The translations under genes were made by a program, and so were the position numbers. Shown here in pieces: positions 8,035 to 18,322 of a stretch of 64,000 nt of DNA. The notes beneath the pieces are model-generated. The model had not been told where the DNA came from, searched no databases, and was given only the letters and a program-made list of their open reading frames with translations. Numbering within the stretch: the first letter of the stretch is position 1; each line of letters opens with the position of its first letter. Source of the stretch: Reichenbachiella sp. (GTDB taxonomy: Bacteria > Bacteroidota > Bacteroidia > Cytophagales > Cyclobacteriaceae); assembly GCA_049115835.1 (NCBI GenBank), contig JAGDZN010000011.1, forward strand, positions 66,541-130,540. Direction: 5' to 3'.

Positions 8035-10848
8035 ATGCCAAAAGATAATAGCATCAAATCTGTACTGATTATAGGAAGTGGACCTATCGTAATTGGACAA
8101 GCATGTGAATTTGATTATGCCGGTTCTCAAGCTGCACGTTCTTTGCGTGAAGAAGGAATAGAGGTGACTTTAATAAACTCAAATCCTGCGACCATTATGA
8201 CGGATGAAGTGACAGCAGATAATATTTATCTAAAGCCACTTACCAAACAATCTATCAGAGAAATTCTCGAAAAGCATGAAATCGATGCGGTTCTTCCTAC
8301 CATGGGAGGACAAACGGCCTTGAACTTGGCGATGGATTGTGATAAAGCTGGGATTTGGAAAAAGCACAATATCAAAGTGATTGGTTCGAATTTCGATGCC
8401 ATAGAAACTACCGAAGATCGTGAGAAATTTCGATTGAAAATGCAAGAGATCGGGGTTGGCGTCTGTAAAGGTCGTACCGCAACTTCATTCCTTGAAGGAA
8501 AAGAAATAGCACAAGAAATTGGGTTTCCATTGATCATCAGGTCTTCATTTACGCTTGGTGGGGCAGGCGGTGGATTTGTGGAAACTCCAGAAGACTTTGA
8601 CAAAGCATTAAATGATGGACTCCATGCTTCGCCAATACATGAAGTACTCATTGAGCAAAGTATTTTGGGTTGGAAAGAATATGAATTGGAAATCATGCGT
8701 GATAGCATTGGCAATTTCATTGTCATATGTTCGATCGAAAATTTCGACCCAATGGGTGTTCACACAGGAGACTCTATCACCGTAGCACCAGCCATGACAC
8801 TTTCTGATACTGTTTATCAGGAAATGAGAAATCAGGCTATTCATATGATTAGTTCAATTGGGGAATTTGCTGGAGGGTGTAACGTGCAGTTCTCTGTTCA
8901 CCCTGAAAATGATGAAATCATTGGTATTGAGATCAACCCGAGAGTATCTCGTTCTTCTGCGCTAGCCTCTAAGGCGACAGGTTATCCAATTGCTAAAATT
9001 GCAGCGAAGTTGGCCGTCGGTTACAACTTGGATGAATTGAATAATCAGATTACCAAAACTACTTCCGCCTTTTTCGAGCCTGCCATAGATTATGTAATTG
9101 TAAAAGTTCCTCGTTGGAATTTTGATAAATTCAAAGGAGCAGATCGTCATTTAGGACTTCAAATGAAGTCAGTTGGAGAAGCCATGGGTATTGGGCGAAA
9201 CTTTCAAGAAGCCTTACAAAAAGCTTGTCAATCTCTCGAGATAAAAAGAAATGGCTTAGGGGCAGATGGTCGTGAACTAAAGAGTCATGACGAATTAGCT
9301 GAAAGCTTAAGACACCCTAGTTGGAATCGTCTTTTCCATATTTATGATTCTTTCAAAATAGGCATCCCATTTAAAACAATTTTGAATCTCACAAAGATCG
9401 ACCCTTGGTTCTTACACCAGATTGAAGACCTAATTGATCTTGAAAAAGAAATTGAAAAATTCAACATCTCTAATCTTTCAAAAGAACTTTTAATAACAGC
9501 AAAGAAAAAAGGATATGCTGACAGGCAGATTGCACACTTAGTCGGTTGCTTAGAAAGTGAGGTCTTCCAAAAAAGACAGGATTTTGATATTAAAAGAGTG
9601 TACAAATTAGTGGACACTTGTGCTGGTGAGTTTGATGCTAAAACGCCTTACTACTACTCTACTTTTGAGGATGAGAATGAATCAACTCCGTCTAATAATA
9701 AAAAAATTATTGTATTGGGTTCAGGACCAAACAGAATTGGCCAGGGAATCGAATTTGATTACTCATGCGTGCATGGCGTTTTAGCTGCCAAAGAATGTGG
9801 CTATGAAACCATTATGATCAATTGTAACCCTGAAACGGTTTCAACTGATTTTGACATTGCTGATAAGCTTTACTTTGAGCCGGTTTTCTGGGAGCACATC
9901 TATGAGATTATCCTGATGGAAAAACCAGAAGGTGTCATCGTACAACTAGGTGGTCAAACGGCATTGAAATTAGCAGAAAAGCTTGAAAAATATGGCATCA
10001 AAATTATTGGCACTAGTTTCAAAGCACTGGACTTGGCTGAGGATAGAGGTTCATTTTCAACATTGTTGAAAGAAAATGACATTCCTTATCCAAAATTTGG
10101 TGTTATAGAAACGGCAGATGAAGCATTGGAATTATCTGCTGAGTTGGGTTACCCACTACTTGTCAGACCTTCTTATGTATTGGGAGGTCAGGGAATGAAA
10201 ATTGTAATCAATGATGAGGAACTAGAGTCTCATGTAGTAGAACTATTCCGAGCGATCCCTGGAAACAGAGTGATGTTAGATCATTTCTTGGATGGCGCAA
10301 TGGAATGTGAAGCGGACGCCATTTGTGACGGTAAAAACGTATATATCATAGGCATCATGCAGCATATAGAACCTGCTGGCATTCATTCAGGAGATTCTTT
10401 TGCCGTGCTACCACCATTCAATCTAGGAGATTTAGTTATTAGAAAAATTGAGGACTATACGAAGAAAATTGCCATCGCATTAGAAACGGTTGGTTTAATC
10501 AATATTCAGTTTGCAGTTAAAAATGATGAGGTATTTATCATAGAAGCAAACCCTAGAGCTTCTCGAACCGTGCCATTCATTTGTAAAGCATATGATGAGC
10601 CTTATGTGAATTATGCGACGAAGGTTATGTTAGGGGAAAAGAAGGTAACTGATTTTAATTTCAACCCTAAAAAAGAGGGTTATGCTATCAAAGAACCAGT
10701 TTTCTCATTCAATAAATTCCCGAATGTAAATAAGGAATTGGGCCCTGAAATGAAATCTACGGGAGAATCTATTTACTTCATTGATGATTTAATGGATGAT
10801 TATTTCATGCAATTGTACAGCGAACGTAACTTATATTTGAGTAGATAA
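8035..10848 (+). CDS. carB: Carbamoyl-phosphate synthase large subunit (short form lacking the C-terminal MGS-like domain)
   Basis: GSGPIVIGQACEFDYAG, two ATP-grasp halves, HTGDS/HSGDS, ends shortly after GPEMKSTGE. Confidence 0.97.
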   Translation: MPKDNSIKSVLIIGSGPIVIGQACEFDYAGSQAARSLREEGIEVTLINSNPATIMTDEVTADNIYLKPLTKQSIREILEKHEIDAVLPTMGGQTALNLAMDCDKAGIWKKHNIKVIGSNFDAIETTEDREKFRLKMQEIGVGVCKGRTATSFLEGKEIAQEIGFPLIIRSSFTLGGAGGGFVETPEDFDKALNDGLHASPIHEVLIEQSILGWKEYELEIMRDSIGNFIVICSIENFDPMGVHTGDSITVAPAMTLSDTVYQEMRNQAIHMISSIGEFAGGCNVQFSVHPENDEIIGIEINPRVSRSSALASKATGYPIAKIAAKLAVGYNLDELNNQITKTTSAFFEPAIDYVIVKVPRWNFDKFKGADRHLGLQMKSVGEAMGIGRNFQEALQKACQSLEIKRNGLGADGRELKSHDELAESLRHPSWNRLFHIYDSFKIGIPFKTILNLTKIDPWFLHQIEDLIDLEKEIEKFNISNLSKELLITAKKKGYADRQIAHLVGCLESEVFQKRQDFDIKRVYKLVDTCAGEFDAKTPYYYSTFEDENESTPSNNKKIIVLGSGPNRIGQGIEFDYSCVHGVLAAKECGYETIMINCNPETVSTDFDIADKLYFEPVFWEHIYEIILMEKPEGVIVQLGGQTALKLAEKLEKYGIKIIGTSFKALDLAEDRGSFSTLLKENDIPYPKFGVIETADEALELSAELGYPLLVRPSYVLGGQGMKIVINDEELESHVVELFRAIPGNRVMLDHFLDGAMECEADAICDGKNVYIIGIMQHIEPAGIHSGDSFAVLPPFNLGDLVIRKIEDYTKKIAIALETVGLINIQFAVKNDEVFIIEANPRASRTVPFICKAYDEPYVNYATKVMLGEKKVTDFNFNPKKEGYAIKEPVFSFNKFPNVNKELGPEMKSTGESIYFIDDLMDDYFMQLYSERNLYLSR

Positions 10849-10860
10849 GTATTATACCTT

Positions 10861-11121
10861 ATGGTTTTATTTAAGTTCATATTAATATTCTTTTTGGGTT
10901 TCTACCTACTATCAAAAATAGGTGGTTTTCTTGTTCGACTGTTTTTTGGAAATTTAGCCAAACATCAGAGACAACAGCAAAATCATCATGGCTCTAAATC
11001 TTATCGAAAACCCTCTGATGGAAATGTAAACATTGAATATGCCCCAGAAGATCGTAAGTCAGTTTCGACAGAAAAAGATTTCAAAGGCGGTGATTATGTT
11101 GAATATGAAGAAGTGAAATAA
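10861..11121 (+). CDS. DUF4834-like small membrane protein
   Basis: N-terminal hydrophobic helix, Gln-rich linker, ending GGDYVEYEEVK. Confidence 0.65.
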   Translation: MVLFKFILIFFLGFYLLSKIGGFLVRLFFGNLAKHQRQQQNHHGSKSYRKPSDGNVNIEYAPEDRKSVSTEKDFKGGDYVEYEEVK

Positions 11122-11128
11122 TTTTCAA

Positions 11129-11608
11129 TTATTCTTCTTGGAAATTTAACGAAGCGGAATTGATACAATACCTTAAACCTGTGGGTTGGGGTCCATCTTC
11201 AAAAACATGGCCAAGGTGCCCGTCACATTTTGCACAAATAACTTCCGCACGCACCATGCCGGCTGATTTATCCAAGACCTCAACAAGACTTGTATCTGTG
11301 GCATAAGTATAAAAGCTTGGCCAACCAGAGCGCGAATTGTATTTTGTTTTGGAATGGAATAGTGGATTACCACAAGCTATACATTCATATATTCCCTTCT
11401 TTTTATTGTCATTATATTCTCCAGTCCATGCTCTTTCGGTTCCCTTTTCTCTCACCACATAATATTGCATTTGGGTTAATTGAGCTCTCCATTCAGACTC
11501 AGATTTGACTACTTTTTTAACATTTAGCGATTTCTTTTGCGAAGGTTTCTGACCTTTAGAAACACAAGAAAAAGTGATTAATACCAAAAATGTTGCAACG
11601 TACTTCAT
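11129..11608 (-). CDS. msrB: Peptide-methionine (R)-S-oxide reductase, exported/lipoprotein form
   Basis: [16 protein letters not shown], CxxC pairs (CIAC, CAKC), [24 protein letters not shown]; N-terminal lipobox-like TFS-C. Confidence 0.95.
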   Translation of the reverse strand: MKYVATFLVLITFSCVSKGQKPSQKKSLNVKKVVKSESEWRAQLTQMQYYVVREKGTERAWTGEYNDNKKKGIYECIACGNPLFHSKTKYNSRSGWPSFYTYATDTSLVEVLDKSAGMVRAEVICAKCDGHLGHVFEDGPQPTGLRYCINSASLNFQEE

Positions 11609-11730
11609 GGGTAATTGAGTTATTTTCTTCTACAAACGTTTTTAGAGAATAAAAAGGTTCCATTGTTTAATAATGACTTTCCTTTCGCATAATCAAAAAG
11701 ACTAATTAAATTAGGAAAAAAATACCTATC

Positions 11731-12897
11731 GTGAAAAAATTAGCCTTTTTATCAATCTATCTACTGTCTTTCATGTCAGTGGCACAAACTCCCGTTAAAA
11801 GTATCCCTTTCGAGCAATTTGGAGATCATATAATTATCAAAGTAAAAATCGATAATTCTGAACCGCTGGATTTCATCTTTGATTCTGGCGCAGGAATAAC
11901 GGTGCTAGATCAAGATGTAGCTGACAAACTAGAATTGGTAAAACACAAAGTCATCCTTAATGAAGGCACCGTTTCAGGTTCTATTATTAAGCACAACACG
12001 ATTGAAATCGATGGCTTTTTGGTTGAAAAAAACATCAAGGTTTATTCAACGGATCTAGATCACTTGGAAATTAGTCTTGGTCGGGATTTCGATGGCATAG
12101 TAGGATTTGATATCATGAAACATCATGCAGTTAGAATAGATTATGATAATAAGTTATTCGAAGTTTATAATCATGGAGAGCATCCAAAAAAAGGTGACCC
12201 AGTTCCATTCAAAATGAATACTTCTATTCCATATATAGAAGGAAATGTGGTTTTGAATAATGACGAACCACACCCTGGCACTTTCTTTATCATGACGGGA
12301 GCAGGAACTACGATGGATTTCAACTCTCCATACGCACTCTTTTTTGATGTTGTTCATAAAACAGGCGATCACTTCTCATATACTGTTAAAAGCATTTCAG
12401 ATGATGAAACACTTCATTATGAAGGTCACGTGAAATCTTTTTCTTTTGGGAAACAAAAATTTGATGGTATGCCGATAGGTATAAGTTATGCAACTACCGG
12501 AATTCAAGCTTCTCATAAAGTTTCAGGCATCATAGGAAACGAAATTTTAAACCGATTTAATCTCGAGTTTGACTTGCCGGCAAAAATGATTTATTTAGAA
12601 AAAAATAAAAACTTCGATGCTCCGTTTCGAGTGAATTGCAGTGGCTTGGATGTACAGCTATCCAAAGACAAAAAGAAAGTCTTGATCCATCAGGTATTCG
12701 AAAATGGACCTGGAGAAAAGGCAGGCATCAAATTGAACGATGAACTTGTTTCAATTGATGGGAAAAAAGCAATCGCTGATGTAAATATGGCTGAAATCAA
12801 AGACCTACTTAAAGAAGATGGAAAAACTGTAGAATTAGTTGTCAATCGAGACGGTTCTGAAAAGACAGTTTCAGTTGTTTTAAAGTCTATATTGTAG
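11731..12897 (+). CDS. Secreted retropepsin-like aspartyl protease with C-terminal PDZ domain
   Basis: Signal peptide, FIFDSGAG motif, GIVGFD/GIIGNE, PDZ-like GPGEKAGIKLNDELVSIDG. Confidence 0.8.
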   Translation: MKKLAFLSIYLLSFMSVAQTPVKSIPFEQFGDHIIIKVKIDNSEPLDFIFDSGAGITVLDQDVADKLELVKHKVILNEGTVSGSIIKHNTIEIDGFLVEKNIKVYSTDLDHLEISLGRDFDGIVGFDIMKHHAVRIDYDNKLFEVYNHGEHPKKGDPVPFKMNTSIPYIEGNVVLNNDEPHPGTFFIMTGAGTTMDFNSPYALFFDVVHKTGDHFSYTVKSISDDETLHYEGHVKSFSFGKQKFDGMPIGISYATTGIQASHKVSGIIGNEILNRFNLEFDLPAKMIYLEKNKNFDAPFRVNCSGLDVQLSKDKKKVLIHQVFENGPGEKAGIKLNDELVSIDGKKAIADVNMAEIKDLLKEDGKTVELVVNRDGSEKTVSVVLKSIL

Positions 12898-12922
12898 ATT
12901 TCTCATTATACATAGTAAGAGG

Positions 12923-12953
12923 CCGTTTCGATCAATTTTCGAATCGGTTTTTT
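12923..12953 (+). terminator. Probable intrinsic terminator between convergent genes
   Basis: ccgtttcga...tcgaatcgg imperfect stem followed by six Ts. Confidence 0.5.
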
Positions 12954-12963
12954 CTCATTTCTT

Positions 12964-14082
12964 TCAATTGGCGATCACTTTCTCGATATGAATAACTTCA
13001 CCTTCGGAATTAGTTACTTTGATCTGCAACTCTGTACCTTTTGGTCGTGCATGAAAAAATTCAAGATTCATAGTAAGCTTGGAAAGTGGTTGTTTCCGAT
13101 CAGTTGAAAGCACCTGAATTAAGTTTTCATCCATATCGTACATAGACATGCTAATTTTAGAAGGCTTCCTAACGATATATTCAAACCTTATTTTTTGGAG
13201 CTTCGATACAACTTGTTCATAGGGTTGATTATTGGCCAATTCTGCTTCCGCCAATACATTGCCTTCCTCATCCTTTAGACGTGCATAGAAAGTAGTTTCT
13301 TCTGAAAGAATATTATTTATACCAATCGTATAAATGTGTAACCCACCAAAAATATTTTTGGAAGGGAATTTTTGACTAATAAGATTATTAGCCGAATCAT
13401 AGATAGCCAAATTAGCCTTGATATCACGTGGTGCATGATAAATAACATCTGCCCTTGCTGAAAAAACAATTCGACTTGCTGGCCGAGGTGCTTCCATGAT
13501 TTCCTCTCTGGTAGGAGGGTTATCTTTTCTAAAGGTTGCAATTATTTTGGCCATATCCCAGGATGCATCTACATAGTCTGGGTGGAAAACATTGTTGATG
13601 TCTGAGTTATCTGTAAAGGCCCAAATAGCTCCCTGACCAATAGAAGATTGAAGCTTGTTGTCCGAAATAATTTGAGCTATTTGTCTCAGTTCTTCTTGAG
13701 CTAATTGGCCGAGTTTATACTTTTCTTCTCTTTTAGGAGCGTAGTTAGTGAGTTGCGTACAAGCACCGTACATATCATAGCCGCTTATGCCTCTTCCTTT
13801 GACAAATAAAATTGACTCCTCAAGAATAATCAAATCTTGAGCACCTTCATCTTCTGAATTCAACATGAGCCCAGCTGGAACCATAATATTTAAATCCGCC
13901 GAAATGTTGTTCTTAAGAATTATCCGTGCTGAGTTTTCACCCAATCCTCCATTACCTAAAGCCGTTACTGCAATTCTTCTTTTGAGAATGGCATCATGAA
14001 TGGCTAAAGTGTCTGCTGCGAATAAATTTGAAGTGACAGAGAGGAAAAATAAGATTATGAAAATGCTTTTAAGATTCATCAT
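12964..14082 (-). CDS. Secreted hypothetical protein with two C-terminal FlgD-like beta modules
   Basis: Signal peptide; repeated pattern ...IYD(S/M)xxNLI... in two C-terminal modules; unknown N-terminal domain. Confidence 0.6.
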   Translation of the reverse strand: MMNLKSIFIILFFLSVTSNLFAADTLAIHDAILKRRIAVTALGNGGLGENSARIILKNNISADLNIMVPAGLMLNSEDEGAQDLIILEESILFVKGRGISGYDMYGACTQLTNYAPKREEKYKLGQLAQEELRQIAQIISDNKLQSSIGQGAIWAFTDNSDINNVFHPDYVDASWDMAKIIATFRKDNPPTREEIMEAPRPASRIVFSARADVIYHAPRDIKANLAIYDSANNLISQKFPSKNIFGGLHIYTIGINNILSEETTFYARLKDEEGNVLAEAELANNQPYEQVVSKLQKIRFEYIVRKPSKISMSMYDMDENLIQVLSTDRKQPLSKLTMNLEFFHARPKGTELQIKVTNSEGEVIHIEKVIAN

Positions 14083-14188
14083 ATTGATTTGGTCTGAGTT
14101 CTGATAGTGAAAAATATGTAAGAATATTCAATTATACTATTTACCTATAACGGTTCATGACTGAATAAATTTATATAGAAGCCAAATA

Positions 14189-14225
14189 AAAAAGTCATGT
14201 TGATATACTCTCAACATGACTTTTT
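14189..14225. terminator. Strong (probably bidirectional) intrinsic terminator after the VPS10-like gene
   Basis: Perfect 15-bp inverted repeat aaaaagtcatgttga / tcaacatgacttttt with 7-nt loop. Confidence 0.8.
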
Positions 14226-14247
14226 ACTCTATTAAATCTTTAAATTT

Positions 14248-17200
14248 CTAATCTTCCCATAAACTATCTCCTTCGATCCATGGTGCTCCTGCTTTTTGCA
14301 ATTGAATTGATATCTCATTCATTTTTGCTATGCTTTCCTGCAATTTAGGTTTCAGTTCACTTAATTGTTCATTGACCACCGCTAACGAAGCTAGATGATT
14401 ATCTGTTGGACCATAAGTAGAATTTGTAAACCCAATCATAATTAACATTAAGCGGTCGTTTATTGGGTATGGTGTTTTTTCTCCAATTACTCGCTTCGCT
14501 CTATTACCATAAATTATGGATTCTAAAACCAATAAATCTTGTCTCACTTGCTCAATAGATTGGTCCAATTCTCCCATGTCTGCCATTGATCTTTCAGCTG
14601 CCAGTTGCATAGATTTAACCTTTTTCAAACTATTCTTTAGTTTCAAAGAAAAGGCGCCAGCTTTTGAACTTGCTTCATAAAAGCTAGCCCAATACTTCGC
14701 TGCTTCCTGTGGATCAGCACCTTCCAGCGCACCATTACTGATTGAAGTCACATCGAATGAAATTGGTTCATCCATTTGTTGAATCTCATTATTTATCTGG
14801 CTGAACAAAGTAGCAGTATACTTTCCAGGAGGCGCTAATCGTCCACCTGCAGTGTCAAAATATCCTGGAGTCGGCTGCTTGCCTAATCTGATTGCTTTGT
14901 TTACAGGATATCTCAATCCCCAACTCACCCTATTAAATCCAGATCTATTAGTGGCCTTGACTCTATTCACAATTTTGCCATTTGTGTCTTTGATGACTAA
15001 CCAGACATTTGGCTGCTGTTCATTCATTTCTTTCTCTAAAACATCCCACCCTGGAAAAGGAATATTTTGACTAGTAAGAGACTTTTCATTGTTTTTCCTC
15101 ATATTGTTTCGAGATACCAAACTGTCTTTCAAATAATAGGTAAAGGTTGCGCCAAATTCAGGGTTGTCCGCAACAAAATGTTCTGCGCCCTGAGAGCCTT
15201 GTTTGCCACTAAAGTCTAAGACAGGTCGGGGAATGTACCAATCAGCTTCTCTTGTTTCAAAAAGTTTGGCCTCTTTTTTTAGGGTTTCTGCTGAAACATC
15301 CCGCAAGAATGAATAATCGTCAAGAATATAAATCCCTCTACCAAAAGTCCCACCGACCAAGTCATTTTCTCGTTTCTGAATGGCCAAATCTCTAAAAGAA
15401 ATGGTTGGGACTCCGCCTTTGAATTTTGTCCATGCAGAACCTCCATCAATAGAAAAATAGACGCCATATTCAGTTCCTAAAAACAGTAATTTAGGATTTA
15501 TATGGTCCTGAACTAATCGCCAAACCAAAAGACGATTTGGTAGGTTTCCCTTCAGTGATCTCCATGTAACACCTTTGTCTGTACTTTTCATAATATAAGG
15601 TTTGAAGTCACCGTACTTATGATTGTCCAAAGAAACATAGACTGTATTTGCATCATGCAAATCAGCCTTAATATCATTGACAAAAGCAGTTGAAGGTATG
15701 CCTGGCATACTACTTACTAGAATCTTTTTCCAATTTCCTCCGTCATTTTCAGATACTTGGACGATCCCATCATCCGTTCCGACATAAAGAAGTCCTTTTT
15801 GAACTGGAGACTCAGATAAAGAAGTAATGGTATTATAATTGGACATGGCATAAACATCCCATGCATTCTCCCAACTTTGCTTTTTACCCATGATTGGGAG
15901 TTCAATTCTGTTCTGATTTTTGGTTAGATCTCCAGAAACGGAAACCCATTTGTCTCCCCTATTTTCAGATTTCCAAACTCGATTTGAAGCAAAATAAATG
16001 GTTGTAGGATTGTGCGGACTCACTAAAATAGGTGCATCCCAATTAAACCTCTCCGTAAATTCTCCTTTGCCAGGCTGAGGTTGAATATTCATAGCCTCTC
16101 CAGTTTTCATATCAATTCTGGTCAGCCCTCCCTCTTGCCATTCGGCATAAACAATGTCTGGGTTTCCTGGCTCCGTTGCAGGCTGATGTCCATCCGCATA
16201 TAGAATTACTTTCCAATCGGCATTTCTAATACCGTGAACGTTGTCAGTTCTTGATGGTCCTCCTTGAGTATTATTGTCTTGTGTACCACCATAAACATTA
16301 TAAAAAGGTGCTGCATCATCCACTGCGATCTTATAGAATTGTGTGATCGGCAGGTTTTCCATAAATCTCCAATTTGTGCCCAAATCAAAAGACTCATACA
16401 GTCCACCATCCGTACCAATCAACAAATATCCTTTGTCATTTTTCTTGAAAGCAATGGCATGGTTGTCAACATGTTTATTGTCTTTATTATGTTTATAAAA
16501 TGTTTTCCCACCGTCATCAGATACCAATAAATAATTGTTCATGAAATACAATTTTCCTTCGTAATGAGGAGAGGCATAAAGCTCTTGGTAATAATGAGGT
16601 CCTGTGCCGCCAGAAATAGTGTTTGACTGCATTTTCCATGTTAATCCACGGTCGCTAGATTTAAAGACGCCTCCTTTTTTCAACTCCATTTCTATGGCTG
16701 CATAAATCACATCTGGATTTTGTGGTGAGATTGCTATTCCGATTTTACCTAATTTTTCATTAGGTATGCCGTTTTTAAGCGCCTCCCAAGTTTCTCCACC
16801 ATCCAAGCTTCGATGCAAGCCCGAATTCGGTCCTCCATTCAGTAGTATGGCTACCGTACGATGTCTCTGCCATGTAGCAGCATACAAACGATCTGGATTT
16901 CTTGGGTCAACCGCTATATCTGTCACTCCTGTCCATTGATTATCTCCTAGGGTTTTTTTCCAACTTTTGCCTCCATCTGTAGTTTTATAGAAACCTCTTT
17001 CACCTCCAGATGACCAAAGTGGTCCTTGCGCTGCGACCCAAACCACGTTTGAATTGGTCGGATGCACTATGATTTTAGAAATGTGTTCTGACTTTTTCAA
17101 GCCCATGTTGGTCCATTTATTTCCACCGTCTATACTCTTGTAAATCCCATCTCCGAAACCCACGTGACGACCTCCAACATTTTCTCCGGTGCCTACCCAA

Positions 17201-17556
17201 ATTACATTTGGATTATTTGAGTCAATAGTCACACAACCTATTGAATAAGAGGACTCATTATCAAAAATTGGTGTCCAAGTGATACCGGCATTCACAGTTT
17301 TCCAAACACCTCCAGAGCCTACGGCGACATACCAAATGTTTTCATTTTCAGGATGAATAGCTATATCAGCTATTCGACCTGACATAAATGCAGGTCCTAT
17401 GTTTCTCATTTTTATGTTGCTGAAGAGTGAATCCGCTAAAACAGCCTTTGAAACTGATGAATTGGATTTTTTACCTCTTTTTTGCGAATACGCATCTGTC
17501 AATCCAGAAAAGGACAGGATAATACCTATTAAAATTGTGAGTATAGATTTATTCAT
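14248..17556 (-). CDS. VPS10/sortilin-like BNR-repeat glycosyl hydrolase family protein
   Basis: RNIGPAFMSGRIADIA, multiple SxDxGxTW Asp-box repeats, signal peptide, C-terminal coiled region. Confidence 0.88.
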   Translation of the reverse strand: MNKSILTILIGIILSFSGLTDAYSQKRGKKSNSSVSKAVLADSLFSNIKMRNIGPAFMSGRIADIAIHPENENIWYVAVGSGGVWKTVNAGITWTPIFDNESSYSIGCVTIDSNNPNVIWVGTGENVGGRHVGFGDGIYKSIDGGNKWTNMGLKKSEHISKIIVHPTNSNVVWVAAQGPLWSSGGERGFYKTTDGGKSWKKTLGDNQWTGVTDIAVDPRNPDRLYAATWQRHRTVAILLNGGPNSGLHRSLDGGETWEALKNGIPNEKLGKIGIAISPQNPDVIYAAIEMELKKGGVFKSSDRGLTWKMQSNTISGGTGPHYYQELYASPHYEGKLYFMNNYLLVSDDGGKTFYKHNKDNKHVDNHAIAFKKNDKGYLLIGTDGGLYESFDLGTNWRFMENLPITQFYKIAVDDAAPFYNVYGGTQDNNTQGGPSRTDNVHGIRNADWKVILYADGHQPATEPGNPDIVYAEWQEGGLTRIDMKTGEAMNIQPQPGKGEFTERFNWDAPILVSPHNPTTIYFASNRVWKSENRGDKWVSVSGDLTKNQNRIELPIMGKKQSWENAWDVYAMSNYNTITSLSESPVQKGLLYVGTDDGIVQVSENDGGNWKKILVSSMPGIPSTAFVNDIKADLHDANTVYVSLDNHKYGDFKPYIMKSTDKGVTWRSLKGNLPNRLLVWRLVQDHINPKLLFLGTEYGVYFSIDGGSAWTKFKGGVPTISFRDLAIQKRENDLVGGTFGRGIYILDDYSFLRDVSAETLKKEAKLFETREADWYIPRPVLDFSGKQGSQGAEHFVADNPEFGATFTYYLKDSLVSRNNMRKNNEKSLTSQNIPFPGWDVLEKEMNEQQPNVWLVIKDTNGKIVNRVKATNRSGFNRVSWGLRYPVNKAIRLGKQPTPGYFDTAGGRLAPPGKYTATLFSQINNEIQQMDEPISFDVTSISNGALEGADPQEAAKYWASFYEASSKAGAFSLKLKNSLKKVKSMQLAAERSMADMGELDQSIEQVRQDLLVLESIIYGNRAKRVIGEKTPYPINDRLMLIMIGFTNSTYGPTDNHLASLAVVNEQLSELKPKLQESIAKMNEISIQLQKAGAPWIEGDSLWED

Positions 17557-17674
17557 TGTTAATGTTATTTATGAATCCTGAATATAGTGAATTATCAATC
17601 TCCAATAAAGTCTGGGCTAGTAGAAGAAAAAAATATTACATGAATGGTGAAAAAAGACTATTGTATTAATTTAG

Positions 17675-18322
17675 TTGTTAATGAAAATCATGAAATTCCT
17701 TACGATCGTTCTTTTTTGCTTCGGGTGTACCGAAGAATGGAATTTAGAAGAGACTCAGGAATTGAATGAGATTGCAGGTGAATTAACTACTTTCTATGAC
17801 AATCAAGTTGAAAGGGATATTTTCAATTTTCAACATATCTTGACAGAAACGGGTAACCGACCAAGAGATGCGGCGGTTTTAGAGGAATTCAAGAAAGTAA
17901 TTCAAGAAATACAACTCCGTGATACATTAGACAAGTCATGGTTTAAAAATAAATTCTCAAAAAACCGCGCACTCGACGTTGAGCAATTTATCAACTCGGA
18001 AATTCCTTTTGAAAGAAATCAATCAATGCTCTACAAATCTTCACTGAAGGCTAAAATTTCTAAAGAATACACCCTATTGATAGGTGCTAGTTGTAACTAT
18101 TATGGCCCGCCGTATGCATATTTATGGAAATCACTGTCAACACCGAATCTATTTAAGTTAGGAGGAGGAAGCAGCATTGCGCATGTTGAGTATTCGGTTC
18201 TAAAAAAAGACCCATTAACTATAGATATAATTGATCCGTTTTTGCAAAAAACGGAAAATAAAATAACGTGGGAATTGATTGATAAACAAGAATTACAATA
18301 TCGATATGCATTTCAAGAATAG
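17675..18322 (+). CDS. Hypothetical lipoprotein with GldM-N-like segment
   Basis: Lipobox CFG-C; TETGNRPRDAAVLEEFKKV resembles the GNRxxDxxVL segment I recall from Cytophagales GldM. Confidence 0.5.
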   Translation: MLMKIMKFLTIVLFCFGCTEEWNLEETQELNEIAGELTTFYDNQVERDIFNFQHILTETGNRPRDAAVLEEFKKVIQEIQLRDTLDKSWFKNKFSKNRALDVEQFINSEIPFERNQSMLYKSSLKAKISKEYTLLIGASCNYYGPPYAYLWKSLSTPNLFKLGGGSSIAHVEYSVLKKDPLTIDIIDPFLQKTENKITWELIDKQELQYRYAFQE

